In this document: piece by piece, positions 47,152 to 57,139 of the stretch | How the letters are laid out: each line of letters begins with the position of its first letter | Position numbering within the stretch: the first letter of the stretch is position 1 | Assembly (NCBI GenBank): GCA_965242965.1 | Contig: OZ251518.1 | Span: 2,464,001 to 2,528,000, forward strand | DNA length: 64,000 bases | From: Candidatus Poribacteria bacterium | GTDB lineage: Bacteria > Poribacteria > WGA-4E > WGA-3G | Direction of reading: 5' to 3' | Notes under the pieces: generated by a model | Database searches by the model: none | What the model was told of the DNA's origin: nothing | Seen by the model: only the letters and a program-made list of their open reading frames with translations | Program-made: the position numbers and the translations under genes

Positions 47152-49677
47152 CTATTCCCTGAATTTCAGAGAATGTCCCTGCACATCCGCCACGATTTCC
47201 TTCCGATAAAACCCATAAGGAAATTGTGAATCATTGAGCAGAATACTGAGGGTATCCCTGACAGTTGAACGGAAGAACATCGTCTGTCCTCTGATTTTCA
47301 GCAGCATCGCGATGGATTCACCTGCCGAAAGCGTTAACTCTGAGGGGAGATGCGGGGTATAGGAAAATTGGGACTTTTCAAATCGCACCCCGAAAACCCT
47401 CAATTCCCTTTCGCCCACGTTGGTAATTACCAAATGTCTCCCATCAAGTTGAATATCGGCGCGGCTCTCAACGATATCGGTTGCGAATGGCAGAGGTAGC
47501 GTTATTTCCGAACGCCGGGCTTTCAGATGTAAGACACCCCGACTCTCTTCGGCGGAAAGTGGGACTTGTGGGTTCAGAATAAACTGACAGCCTTCCGTTT
47601 TTTCCTCAACTGTCAATAGTTGATGTTGTGTTAACTTTTCAGGAATTTCGGCGGTGCATGCAACGGGCTCGCCATCGCTGCGGCGCACGCTTATCTCAGC
47701 ATGTTGCGGTTTATCAAACAAGTAGACCCGGGGAAAATAGAGAACAGGCGGCTCTGGCTTGAGATGAACTATCTCGTATTTCGCGACGAAAGGTAGCACA
47801 CGGCGGTTTGCGAGATAGCAATTCGTTATCAGCGACGCATCGCATTTGCTGCGATAGGCGTTTGAAGGCTTATCGCTCAAAAGTTGCACAAGAGGTTCGG
47901 TTCGAATGCGCTCAAAGGGTGCTGTATTCTGAACGCGGAAATGGCCTTCCGCAAACCGAAGTACGGTGCTCGGCTGAATTGTTCCCTTCAGTTCCCCTTG
48001 CCCAGAAATCTCAAGCAAAAGCGGAACGGCTTCGGTTTTGCCTTGCTGAATTTGCGGAAATTCTAACGCTGTCTTCCGGAGAAGCGGGACTGCCCCCTGT
48101 GTCAGCCCCATCACGAAAATTGGGGCACGAAACGTCCTCGCCGCTTCTTCCGCTGTGCTTATCTCAAGCCACCCTAAATTCAGCCCTGGCTGGAGCTCCC
48201 CAGGCGAAAACACTATCGTCACATCCGTTTTGCCCGAACTTGGAAGCGTCACAGCCGCTGGCTCAACTCGCATCCACTCAACCAAAGAGCGGCAATGAAG
48301 TTCAAGGGGCCGTTTTGATTTATTGCGGAGGGTAACTCGCTGTTTAGGCATCGCTACTTGGATTTTGGAGGCGACACCGTGTGAACAACAGACTATCTCC
48401 TGTAACCGGCCCGGGTCAAGGCGCGTTTCACCGTCAATTTCAGCACGGAAACGATAGACACCGTGAGGAACGCTCAGCGTGATACTGAACCCCTCATCGC
48501 CTTTTTCAAGCAAAAGCGTCTGGGGTGTCCACCGATTAAAATCACCGATGAGATAACCGGCGCGGGCCGCCGCGGCTGGAAATCGGAAACCTTTGTCCTC
48601 AAAAATCAGCACGGTTGGAGGCGTTTCCTGTGCCGGGATCACTTCAACCGGCAGCGGTTTCCCTTTTGCGGGGAAGTCGTAGACAATTGGCGTATCTGGC
48701 TTGGCGGGCTCAACCGTCAGTTCGGTTTCCCCGACGATTTGATACCATCCCCAACCCGGCATTTTCTTATCTGCTACCTCAATTTCCGCAAAATTACGTC
48801 CCGGTTTGAGTTTATCGACGTTCACGGAAACAAGGAGACTGGCAGTGGCATACGGTTCAACACCGATTGTTCGTTGAACCGAGAGCCATTCAGCATCTGA
48901 GCGAACGCGTCCCGAAAACGGGTGTGACGTGATGTTCGCAATTTGGACTACCTGTTGGAATTCTAATTTCGATGCCTCTTTCGATGCCTTGGGGCTCGTT
49001 TTTGGCATCACGGCACCCGGCCGCCGCGAATTCAACTCATAGTGGCGTGCGCCTTGCGGTGTTTCAAGAACAGCGTCATATTTCGATGTCTCTTGTTGTG
49101 TCACTGTAAGCCGTGTTGGCGACACGCGTCCGAAGTCCCCGAGCAGGAAAAAATCAACTGGTTTTGCTTGCGTAGAAACCAACGATACCTTCCATGCCGA
49201 GATCTCGCCAAAGTTGATGAACTCTGGCACTGCCACTTTTGCACCCGAGTCTTCAGGGAGGCGAACTCCTAACAACACTTTGCTGAATGCTTTACTTTTC
49301 GCGTCGGAGACAAGGTTCAACTCGGCGATGCTCACGGCTGCGGGGTTCGGCAACTCCTTTGGGAATAGCCTCAGTTCAATTTCTAGCGGCTCCGAAGCCA
49401 CCTTTAACTTCGTGGGCCTCGATTTTTGCGTTCTTTTCACCCAGCTGCTGCAAGCACGAGGAATGCGCACGCGCTCCACCCGCAGCGTTCCGCCACCGAC
49501 ATTCCATGCACGAACCTTTACGGTAGGCGTTGGATGCTCAAACCTATCCGCGTAGATATCCGGTTCAGTGTAAAGATACGGTTCATCGATTGGCGTAACC
49601 GTGAACGGAAGTGCCGATGCATCTGAGGCTGGCGGCAGGTATAACTGACGATGGATTGCTTTGAGGTGGTGAATCAT
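47152..49677 (-). CDS. Large cytoplasmic protein with several Ig-like (BACON/ASH-like) domains and an internal CBM48/AMPK-beta-like glycogen-binding module
   Basis: 'VRAWNVGGGTLRV', 'SDAEWLSV', 'LVITNVGERELRV'; 'YLIGDFNRW...G.FSITLSVPHGVYRFRAEIDGE..LDP'; no signal peptide. Confidence 0.65.
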   Translation of the reverse strand: MIHHLKAIHRQLYLPPASDASALPFTVTPIDEPYLYTEPDIYADRFEHPTPTVKVRAWNVGGGTLRVERVRIPRACSSWVKRTQKSRPTKLKVASEPLEIELRLFPKELPNPAAVSIAELNLVSDAKSKAFSKVLLGVRLPEDSGAKVAVPEFINFGEISAWKVSLVSTQAKPVDFFLLGDFGRVSPTRLTVTQQETSKYDAVLETPQGARHYELNSRRPGAVMPKTSPKASKEASKLEFQQVVQIANITSHPFSGRVRSDAEWLSVQRTIGVEPYATASLLVSVNVDKLKPGRNFAEIEVADKKMPGWGWYQIVGETELTVEPAKPDTPIVYDFPAKGKPLPVEVIPAQETPPTVLIFEDKGFRFPAAAARAGYLIGDFNRWTPQTLLLEKGDEGFSITLSVPHGVYRFRAEIDGETRLDPGRLQEIVCCSHGVASKIQVAMPKQRVTLRNKSKRPLELHCRSLVEWMRVEPAAVTLPSSGKTDVTIVFSPGELQPGLNLGWLEISTAEEAARTFRAPIFVMGLTQGAVPLLRKTALEFPQIQQGKTEAVPLLLEISGQGELKGTIQPSTVLRFAEGHFRVQNTAPFERIRTEPLVQLLSDKPSNAYRSKCDASLITNCYLANRRVLPFVAKYEIVHLKPEPPVLYFPRVYLFDKPQHAEISVRRSDGEPVACTAEIPEKLTQHQLLTVEEKTEGCQFILNPQVPLSAEESRGVLHLKARRSEITLPLPFATDIVESRADIQLDGRHLVITNVGERELRVFGVRFEKSQFSYTPHLPSELTLSAGESIAMLLKIRGQTMFFRSTVRDTLSILLNDSQFPYGFYRKEIVADVQGHSLKFRE

Positions 49678-49693
49678 TAAAAATGCCTCCACG

Positions 49694-50728
49694 TTACTCG
49701 TCTAGTGGGTTCCTTGAAGTTGAATCTCTCGGCGGCAACAGCCCATCATCGGCATCCTCGTCCGGCCAGTTATCATCTCCATCCCCATTTGGGTTTGACA
49801 ACAGATAACGGTAAAGTAAATAGGCAATCGGTACCGCGATACCAACTAGAATGAAGATGATAGCAATGACATGGCCCGCGACGTTGTCTGTATCTGATGC
49901 TGTTGGCTGCACCGGCTTTGACTTTTCAGGGCTTGGTTCTACTGGCGGCGTTGTCGGTTTCGGTGCTGGAGTGGGCTGCACCGGTTCTGGGCGTTTTACC
50001 TTCTGTGGTTCCAGAGCCGGTCCGGTTTTAAAAGGCGTTAACGGCACAATGGTATCAACCTTGCGTGCATAAGCCGCCGGGACTGTGCCGACAGTCCATC
50101 CGGTGCCGGTTGTTTCGCAGTAGTAATAGTTCGTGCCATTATAGGCAAAAGCGGTGCCTTTGAAATCTCCGCTGACACCGAGGGCGATGTGTCCGGGCGT
50201 GAAGAGCAGCGCAGTGGATTCGCCTAAGCCGCTGAGAATAGCCGCCGCGAGGATAGTCGTATCTTCGCAGTCGCCTCCCCCTTCAATGAGCGTTTCAATA
50301 GCGTATCGCCGGAATTCGTCATATCCCGTAGTCACGTCATCAAGCGTATACGGCAGGGATTGCACGAAACTCAAGACAAAATCCACCCGTTCTTGCCGGG
50401 ACCAGGGACGATTTTTTCGGAAGGTTTTTTGAAACTCGCGCGTCAGATTGCCAATGACTCCTGTGCCTTCTGCCACCAATTTGGGGATGTCATAGCGTTC
50501 TTTACCGGCGTAAGAATTATACCGTTCCACGTCAATTATCATCAGCACGGTATAAGACTTCCCTTGGAAATTCCATACGTACCGCTTTCCAATGGTGCTA
50601 CGGTTATTTGGCGGACGTTGTTGGTTGATGCCTTCCACAATCAGGACTTCCCGGAGTGCATCCTCCCCAAAACTGTTCCCGCTGATAAAGCATCCGCTCA
50701 GTAGAAGCAGTGCAAGAAAAAGCCTCAT
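49694..50728 (-). CDS. Single-pass membrane protein with an extracytoplasmic transglutaminase-like (Cys-His) domain
   Basis: Signal peptide; 'FVQSLPY', 'ETLIEGGGDCEDTTIL', 'GHIALG', 'YYYCETT'; Pro-rich linker, TM helix and acidic tail. Confidence 0.82.
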   Translation of the reverse strand: MRLFLALLLLSGCFISGNSFGEDALREVLIVEGINQQRPPNNRSTIGKRYVWNFQGKSYTVLMIIDVERYNSYAGKERYDIPKLVAEGTGVIGNLTREFQKTFRKNRPWSRQERVDFVLSFVQSLPYTLDDVTTGYDEFRRYAIETLIEGGGDCEDTTILAAAILSGLGESTALLFTPGHIALGVSGDFKGTAFAYNGTNYYYCETTGTGWTVGTVPAAYARKVDTIVPLTPFKTGPALEPQKVKRPEPVQPTPAPKPTTPPVEPSPEKSKPVQPTASDTDNVAGHVIAIIFILVGIAVPIAYLLYRYLLSNPNGDGDDNWPDEDADDGLLPPRDSTSRNPLDE

Positions 50729-50729
50729 A

Positions 50730-51860
50730 TTACTCTCCTCGTATCACTACGGGTTTTTGCACGATGGTGCCGTCTGCTATCTGTTGCAGGCCGGGTAAAA
50801 CCACTTCAACAATGGTGCCAGGTTCATCCCCTGTCTGCCGTGAATTTTGAATTTCATGCACACGCGAATCGGCTTTGGTGTGCCCCACCTCAATCGGAAC
50901 GAGTTCGTAGCCGACAGAACGCAGAAATTTATCCAAACGTTCAGACAGCTGCTCAAACGGGATGCATCTTGCCAGACAGTTGAAAAGCCTGTCTGCGATG
51001 AACTGAGGCAGAAAAGCGTTGTATTCCGCTATGTCTACCTCGCGGCCGAGTTCATAACCGATGAGCATCCCTTCAAACCGCGCCTCATAAAGAGCACAAT
51101 CACGCCGGACATTCTCAAGTTCGGCATCCGTGATGCGCTCAATCTCCACCGAAAGTGGCGGTGGCGAAGGTGGTGATTCCCCACGGATTGTTTTCAATTT
51201 CGCGATGATATCCTCTTCCCGGTATGTCAGAACGTCAACAAGTTTGAGGCGCGCCTCACCGGAACGCATAATCGCCGTTTTCCATTTCCCGATGTCGCTT
51301 GCCAGCAGATTTAAAAACACTAGCACAGTCTGACTCGGTGTCGGCGTTTCAAGCTCACCTAATTCAATCGGCTGTCCCTCGCGATAGGCAAGTGCCAATG
51401 CCGACACACTCTCCCGCGTTTTCTGGACGATTGCCTCTGCTTCTGCTTTTAATCCCTCGGTTTCATCGATGTCTGCTTTTTGAGAATCCAAGGGGGTATC
51501 TGGTTCGGGACTTGGCTGTTCGTTTACAAGTTGCGGCTGTTCAATACCCTCAGGTGCTTTGGCATCATCCAATAGTTTCTTTAAATCTGCTATGGGAGCC
51601 CAGAAACGTCTTGTTTTTGATTGGAATCCGAAACCGAATTTTTCCCACTTATCGAATCCCTCGGGCAATGGTACCGTCTTTGAATTGGAAGGAGATAACA
51701 AGAAATCCCCACGAAGCTTCTTGTCGCGCCCTTGGTGTTCTTGTGAGTAAATCTCAATTTTTTCTTCGCTTTGACCGCGGTTGCTGAAAACCAGAATCGC
51801 CTGCTCATGTTCCCAGCCGGCTGAGATAGAAATATGCTCAATTAGTGTCACTTGCCGCAT
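50730..51860 (-). CDS. GrpE-domain protein, soluble paralog
   Basis: C-terminal GrpE-like head 'LRSVGYELVPIEVG.....SRVHEI......EPGTIVEVVLPGL...DGTIVQKPVVI'. Confidence 0.75.
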   Translation of the reverse strand: MRQVTLIEHISISAGWEHEQAILVFSNRGQSEEKIEIYSQEHQGRDKKLRGDFLLSPSNSKTVPLPEGFDKWEKFGFGFQSKTRRFWAPIADLKKLLDDAKAPEGIEQPQLVNEQPSPEPDTPLDSQKADIDETEGLKAEAEAIVQKTRESVSALALAYREGQPIELGELETPTPSQTVLVFLNLLASDIGKWKTAIMRSGEARLKLVDVLTYREEDIIAKLKTIRGESPPSPPPLSVEIERITDAELENVRRDCALYEARFEGMLIGYELGREVDIAEYNAFLPQFIADRLFNCLARCIPFEQLSERLDKFLRSVGYELVPIEVGHTKADSRVHEIQNSRQTGDEPGTIVEVVLPGLQQIADGTIVQKPVVIRGE

Positions 51861-51877
51861 TTTCCAACCTTATCCCC

Positions 51878-53032
51878 TCACTCCCCGCGAATCACCACCG
51901 GTTTTTGAACGATAGTGCCTCCTCCTCGCGCCTGCAGTCCCGGTGAAACCACCTCAACAATGGTGCCAGGTTCATCCCCTGTCTGCCGTGAGGCTTGAAT
52001 TTCATGCACACGCGAATCGGCTTTGGTGTGCCCTACCTCAATCGGAACAACTTCATGCCCGACGAGATGTAGGAATTTATCCATGCGTTCGGGGAGTGCC
52101 TCAAACGGCATGCATCTTGCCACGCCGTTGAAAAGCCTGTCAGTGATGAACTGCGGAAAAAAGGTATTATATTCGGCTACGTCTACCTCGCGGCCCTGTT
52201 CATAGCCGATGAGCATCCCTCCAAACTGAGCCACATAAACAGTGCACGCATTCCGGATGTCGCTCAACTCAAGCTCTGTTTTCGGTGCAGTTTCCACTGA
52301 AAGTGGCGGTGGCGAAGGTGGAGACTCGCCACGGATTGCTTTCAGTTTCGCTGTGATGTCCGCCTCCCGGTATGTCAGAACGTCAACAAGTCCAGGGTGT
52401 GCTTCACCCGATTGCACGACTTCCGTTTTCCACTTCCCGATGTCGCTTGCGAGCAGATTTAAAAACACTAGCACAGTCTGACTCGGTGTCGGCGTTTCAA
52501 GTTCGCCTAGTTCAATCGGTTGTCCTTCGCGATAAGCGCGCGCCAATACCGAGACATGTTCCCGCGCTTTTTGGACAGCCGTTTCTGCTTCTCGCTGGTA
52601 GGTATCTTCTGGCACCGCGTCCGATGCCGAATCCTGCGAAGCCACCTCCAGATTGTGGAGCCGCGTATTGGTTTGCGCAAGGGTATTTCGGATATTCTCC
52701 TGTGCCTCTTGCATTTCTTGAAATTCGCGGGTGTTGTCCCTGCCACCCTTTTCAACACGCTCTACCCTTTGCGTCAAATCTTGTCTCAGTTGGCGAGATG
52801 TGGCGTTCCACCCTTCTTTCAGTTCTCGCAACTCCTTCTGCTGCCGAAGCATCCGGAAACCGAGGAAGACAAGCGCGGCGAGAATAACTAGCACACCGAG
52901 GATGACAAGGAATACCCAGAACCCCGCTATTGTTGATTGTTCGGCGTTGTCCTGCGCATACCCGAACGAGGCGAGCCCAAACAGGACTAAGACGATTAGC
53001 ATTGTTGCGCATTTGAAACGGTGCGTTGTCAT
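51878..53032 (-). CDS. GrpE-domain protein with N-terminal signal/TM helices and a coiled coil
   Basis: Two hydrophobic segments, a coiled coil, then the same GrpE-like C-terminal half as 50730-51860. Confidence 0.78.
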   Translation of the reverse strand: MTTHRFKCATMLIVLVLFGLASFGYAQDNAEQSTIAGFWVFLVILGVLVILAALVFLGFRMLRQQKELRELKEGWNATSRQLRQDLTQRVERVEKGGRDNTREFQEMQEAQENIRNTLAQTNTRLHNLEVASQDSASDAVPEDTYQREAETAVQKAREHVSVLARAYREGQPIELGELETPTPSQTVLVFLNLLASDIGKWKTEVVQSGEAHPGLVDVLTYREADITAKLKAIRGESPPSPPPLSVETAPKTELELSDIRNACTVYVAQFGGMLIGYEQGREVDVAEYNTFFPQFITDRLFNGVARCMPFEALPERMDKFLHLVGHEVVPIEVGHTKADSRVHEIQASRQTGDEPGTIVEVVSPGLQARGGGTIVQKPVVIRGE

Positions 53033-53085
53033 TTTTGATTCTCCTGAAAAATGTTGTGCCTTGATTGCGCGTGTCAGTCTATCTG

Positions 53086-54303
53086 TCAGGCCATCAAAAC
53101 CGGCACGGTAAACGCTACGTTCTGCGGTTCGCGTTCTTCAGGCAAATGGAGTGCAAAGGTGCCGTGGACAGAATCAGCCAAGGCAACCGAGAGGACAAAC
53201 TCCCTATTTTTCTTCTTTGCCGCCATATCTATCTCAAGCGTTGCGAGGTGATGCACATCGCTGCTATCTGTCAAAGACAAGCCGCAGAAAAGATGTATCT
53301 CAAATGGCGCGCGGGTTCCGCTGACGCGAAAGGCTTTTTTCCGTTGACACGGCGGAGCACACGCTTTCGGAATGAGTTCAACCCAACGTCCACCGGGTAA
53401 CCGCACACCGAAGCAGAAGTGATAGGTAAAGTGGAGCGGCTTTTCAAGGCTATTCGTCTCAAATTGCCGAACCAATTCCGCGCCGCCCAGAAGCGTAGCA
53501 TCTGCCTGTGGTTCCAAGAAGGTGGCACTACATCGCGCTTGCAACGATTTCATGATGGCACTGCCGGCAGAGGTTGCAAACGCGCCGGAAAAACCGACGA
53601 CAGCGGCATGTTTTGTCCCCACCTTTTTCAAGGATTGAAGGAAATCCGAGACAGGTTTCTCAGTATCCATGAAGAAGTCGGGATATCGCTGGATATCGCG
53701 CAACTCCACTTTCTCGCACGCCGTCTCCTGTTCACAAATCAGATGATAGAGCGTCACATCGTGCCGCGAAAAATTGAAGAGAAATGCCTGAAGTTCGCCT
53801 GAAGCGGCGAGGTTTTCCTGCCACGCCGTCCGATAAGAAAAAGCGAGACACAAACTCTGCGTGAGACAACTCCGAAGCACCGCGTTTGAGGCATTGAACG
53901 CTGGTTTCTCAATTCGCTTGAATGCTTTCCGAAGTTGCTGCCGATGCACAAATTTCCACTGATACGGCGTGATAACATATACCGACATCGCTTCTTGCGG
54001 TAGTAATTGCCGATGGAAAATTTCCTCCAAAAATGCGTGGAAGAGGCACTCCAAAGTTGGTGCGTCTGTAATCTCCTTGAGATGCACATCCAATTCTGTG
54101 AACCGGACTTCTGTCGGGCGGTTTGAGTCAAGCCGGTCAAACGCCTCCCCGAAACATGCCGATAAGGTGCCATCAGCTGTCTGCTGGAAACCTACCTCCC
54201 ACGGCAGATTCAGTTCATCGCGGGCTTCAAACCCATCGTCGCTTATCATCCCACCCTGAATTTCGGGTGCGGAAAGATCGATGATGCATACGCGTTTCTG
54301 CAT
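53086..54303 (-). CDS. Degenerate, probably ATPase-dead Hsp70-like protein
   Basis: 'CIIDLS' for IGIDLG; 'VITPYQW...HRQQLRKAF' for VITVPAYF...QRQA; 'ATLLGGA' for AVAxGAA; a substrate-binding beta-domain-like C-terminus; the GTT and GGG phosphate motifs are absent. Confidence 0.6.
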   Translation of the reverse strand: MQKRVCIIDLSAPEIQGGMISDDGFEARDELNLPWEVGFQQTADGTLSACFGEAFDRLDSNRPTEVRFTELDVHLKEITDAPTLECLFHAFLEEIFHRQLLPQEAMSVYVITPYQWKFVHRQQLRKAFKRIEKPAFNASNAVLRSCLTQSLCLAFSYRTAWQENLAASGELQAFLFNFSRHDVTLYHLICEQETACEKVELRDIQRYPDFFMDTEKPVSDFLQSLKKVGTKHAAVVGFSGAFATSAGSAIMKSLQARCSATFLEPQADATLLGGAELVRQFETNSLEKPLHFTYHFCFGVRLPGGRWVELIPKACAPPCQRKKAFRVSGTRAPFEIHLFCGLSLTDSSDVHHLATLEIDMAAKKKNREFVLSVALADSVHGTFALHLPEEREPQNVAFTVPVLMA

Positions 54304-54341
54304 GAGTTATCCAATTCCGACTTACAGCGGTGAATTGCTGA

Positions 54342-57128
54342 TTAAATTTCATCAACAAACGCAGGGTCCGCTCGCTGAACAGTCGATTTATATTCCTGGC
54401 CATCAACAAGCGCGATTAATTCAATTTCGCCGCTGGTTTTGACTGCCATTTTCAGACGTGCCTTTCTTAACGCAGCGTCGGGAACATCCTCCGGCAACTC
54501 TAGTGTGTAACTAGCGACTTGCGCGGTTTCTCCCAAGTTCTTCGCCGTGCCGAAGTGTTCTCGGACATCAACAAAAGTTGTCCCAGCAGGAAGCGGGAAA
54601 TCTGTTGTCCCAAAACTCTCGTCGGGTATCACTTTTCCCTGCGAGATGATTTCGTCAAAGACAGGCTTTCCCCCAGAAGACAACTTTACGACACCGAGCC
54701 GAGCTCTTGTCCGTTCCACATTGACGGGCCTGATTCTACCTCGGCCTGGCATCGTTTGGGAAAGGCTAAACTGTGCTGCACCGATGGCGACACACGCCTT
54801 GGGGTGCTCGGCAAGGTGAATGTCAACCCGGGTCTGGTATTTTTCCTGAAAGTGGGCACCCATCATCTCCTTCACCAACGGCATTTTAGATGACTGCCCG
54901 GCGAGGACGACGATATCAGGCGGGGCACTGCCACAGTCAGCAATCATCTCGTCAATCGCATCGAAGGTTTCATTCAGTTCATGTTGTATAAGCGTCTGCA
55001 ATTGCTCGCGTGAGAGTTCCACGTTCATTTCAGGTTGTGTGGACGTTTCAAGGGAGTCTTCTGCATTTCCAATGTGCGGGGCAGCAGGTGTATGCTGCCT
55101 CAGCAAGTCTTCAAGCATCCTGACGTTATCTCCTACCTTAACCTGCAGGTGACCTAAAAACCGGGACGTTACTTCTGACTTCTCGCTGAGCCCCTTTTTC
55201 ATCTCTTCGGCGGCATCGTAAACGAAAGCGTTTGCTCGGGTGGCCCTATCAACGGCTGGTTCTCCAGAAGGCTGCAGGATTTTCCGCCGCTTCAGATACG
55301 GGATGTCAAACCGGATGTCAGGATTGACACACCGAATCAGTTTCCTGCATTCAGCGAGAATGAAGTCAACGATTGCCTGCGTCACATCGTCTCCACCGTA
55401 TTTCGGATTGCCGCCGCGGACAAGCGGTTCAATCTGAATTTCGTTACCGGTGTTCGTCACCTGTGATAGAACGATGTCAATAGTGCCGCCCCCGAAATCG
55501 TAAACCATCAGTTTGGAATTCTCGCGCGGTGGTTTTTCACGGTGCTGAAAAATGGTGCCGATGGAAGCCGCCGAAGCTTCATCAATGAGGATAAGCTCTG
55601 TGATGCCGTTCTTCTCAAACGCGAGCCGAAGATCTTCTCGCTGCTGCAGCGTGAACATCGTCGGGTAGGTGGCAACACACCGTGTAATTTTTGACTGTGA
55701 TGTCAGCGTATCCAGATGCGCTTCCGCTGCCGTTATGATATGTTTGAGGATATCGGCCGCCACGTCACGCGGTTGCAACTCCAATTCGCGCGGAAATTGA
55801 CGATGCCATTGATACCCTAACCAACGTTTCACGGACGTGATGTAGTAAGCACCATCAATTTCACTTGTCCGATAATTTTCTGCAGCCGCTCCGACTGAAT
55901 ATGACGTTTCGTTTGTCGGGCGGCTGTGGTAGACAATTGCCGATGGGATAATCTCCGGAGAACTTGCTTCACCTCCCAACGGAATGAGTTTCGATTGGAA
56001 GGTATCTAAATCAATGTAGGCACAGCAAGAATTCGTGGTGCCGAAGTCAATAGCGACGTAATGTGGATACGCCTCCAACTTCTCTACCATGACGTTCAGC
56101 AGCTCATCCCGATACCGCGGGGATGTCTCACAATTGGAGATGATAGTGAACCCGATGGGATAGGCACCGGGCTCAATGCCGACTCCAGAAATTAATACCT
56201 CCACATTTTCGTGACTGCCGCCTTCAATTTCTATCGGATACTTGACATCGGGAAGGCTGACGAGGCCGGGCTGTCCTTCAATGTCAATCTCCTGGATTTT
56301 CAATAGAGACTCGCCTTGGTTCTGAAGGGTTAAAGTCTGGGTTCTCTTTCGTTCTTGGGTTATTTCCAGCGTCGCCTTCGGCACGAACAACTTCGGCGGT
56401 TCTGGCTCCACCTCTGCGTGTATGCGAACTGTCTGAGCAATCGGTTCGGCGAGTCCGTGGAGATAAAACTTCAAGGGTTCTTCATTAACCCCATCGCGGA
56501 GTTCCCTGCAATCAACCACAAGGCGAACGCGTTTCGCTGCGTTTCCTTCTTTATAGCGTCCTTTCATGAAGCGGACGCTCTTAATTTTCCCCGGCGAGTA
56601 ACCAACGTTGCTGATGTCAAATTGACTCCGCGTCACCTCAACCCGGAGTTCTATATCCATCGTCTCCGTGCCTTTACGGTAGCGCGCCACGCTTGGATTC
56701 GGCAAGAGTTTAAAAGCAGGCTCAGGCAATGCCCGAAGAGGTATCGATTTCTCCTCAAGGTTGGATAATCCTTCCTGAACGCGGACGCGGATGTCTTCAG
56801 GTTGCAGCGTTAACTTCCCCGCGTCTACGCGTATGGCAATTGCGGCAGATTGTCCGGCGTTCACTTTAAACGGCTGCGCATACGCGGTATCCACAAGTTG
56901 ATGCTTCGTCTGAATTGGTTGAAAAGTCATCGGGCAGCTGCCGGTGTTTTCGACAAGCAGCGTCACTTCGCGAGTGGCCGTGTCAGTCTTTATGGGGCTG
57001 TAAAACAGCGGTTCCTCCTGCCATCGCACTGAAAAATCGAAGGTTGAACAACCGCAATAGCCACAATGCCGCTCATGCGCGAAGATTTCCCAACCGACGT
57101 TGCAGTTTGAACACACCGTGCCTGCCAT
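54342..57128 (-). CDS. Hsp70/DnaK-family ATPase fused to an N-terminal Zn-ribbon and Ig-like domains
   Basis: 'CSNC...HCGYCG'; Ig-like 'LLVENTG' and 'LTLQNQGESLLKI'; 'IDFGTTNS', 'SVKRWLG', 'DEASAA', 'YDFGGGTIDI', 'LAGQSSKMP', 'CVAIGAA'. Confidence 0.9.
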   Translation of the reverse strand: MAGTVCSNCNVGWEIFAHERHCGYCGCSTFDFSVRWQEEPLFYSPIKTDTATREVTLLVENTGSCPMTFQPIQTKHQLVDTAYAQPFKVNAGQSAAIAIRVDAGKLTLQPEDIRVRVQEGLSNLEEKSIPLRALPEPAFKLLPNPSVARYRKGTETMDIELRVEVTRSQFDISNVGYSPGKIKSVRFMKGRYKEGNAAKRVRLVVDCRELRDGVNEEPLKFYLHGLAEPIAQTVRIHAEVEPEPPKLFVPKATLEITQERKRTQTLTLQNQGESLLKIQEIDIEGQPGLVSLPDVKYPIEIEGGSHENVEVLISGVGIEPGAYPIGFTIISNCETSPRYRDELLNVMVEKLEAYPHYVAIDFGTTNSCCAYIDLDTFQSKLIPLGGEASSPEIIPSAIVYHSRPTNETSYSVGAAAENYRTSEIDGAYYITSVKRWLGYQWHRQFPRELELQPRDVAADILKHIITAAEAHLDTLTSQSKITRCVATYPTMFTLQQREDLRLAFEKNGITELILIDEASAASIGTIFQHREKPPRENSKLMVYDFGGGTIDIVLSQVTNTGNEIQIEPLVRGGNPKYGGDDVTQAIVDFILAECRKLIRCVNPDIRFDIPYLKRRKILQPSGEPAVDRATRANAFVYDAAEEMKKGLSEKSEVTSRFLGHLQVKVGDNVRMLEDLLRQHTPAAPHIGNAEDSLETSTQPEMNVELSREQLQTLIQHELNETFDAIDEMIADCGSAPPDIVVLAGQSSKMPLVKEMMGAHFQEKYQTRVDIHLAEHPKACVAIGAAQFSLSQTMPGRGRIRPVNVERTRARLGVVKLSSGGKPVFDEIISQGKVIPDESFGTTDFPLPAGTTFVDVREHFGTAKNLGETAQVASYTLELPEDVPDAALRKARLKMAVKTSGEIELIALVDGQEYKSTVQRADPAFVDEI

Positions 57129-57139
57129 ACCCGAATCCC

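Noticed and set aside
54342-57128. Calling the Hsp70 and GrpE genes housekeeping dnaK and grpE
   Set aside because: Large N-terminal fusions, a missing lid, strong divergence and no hrcA or dnaJ context; gene symbols were withheld.
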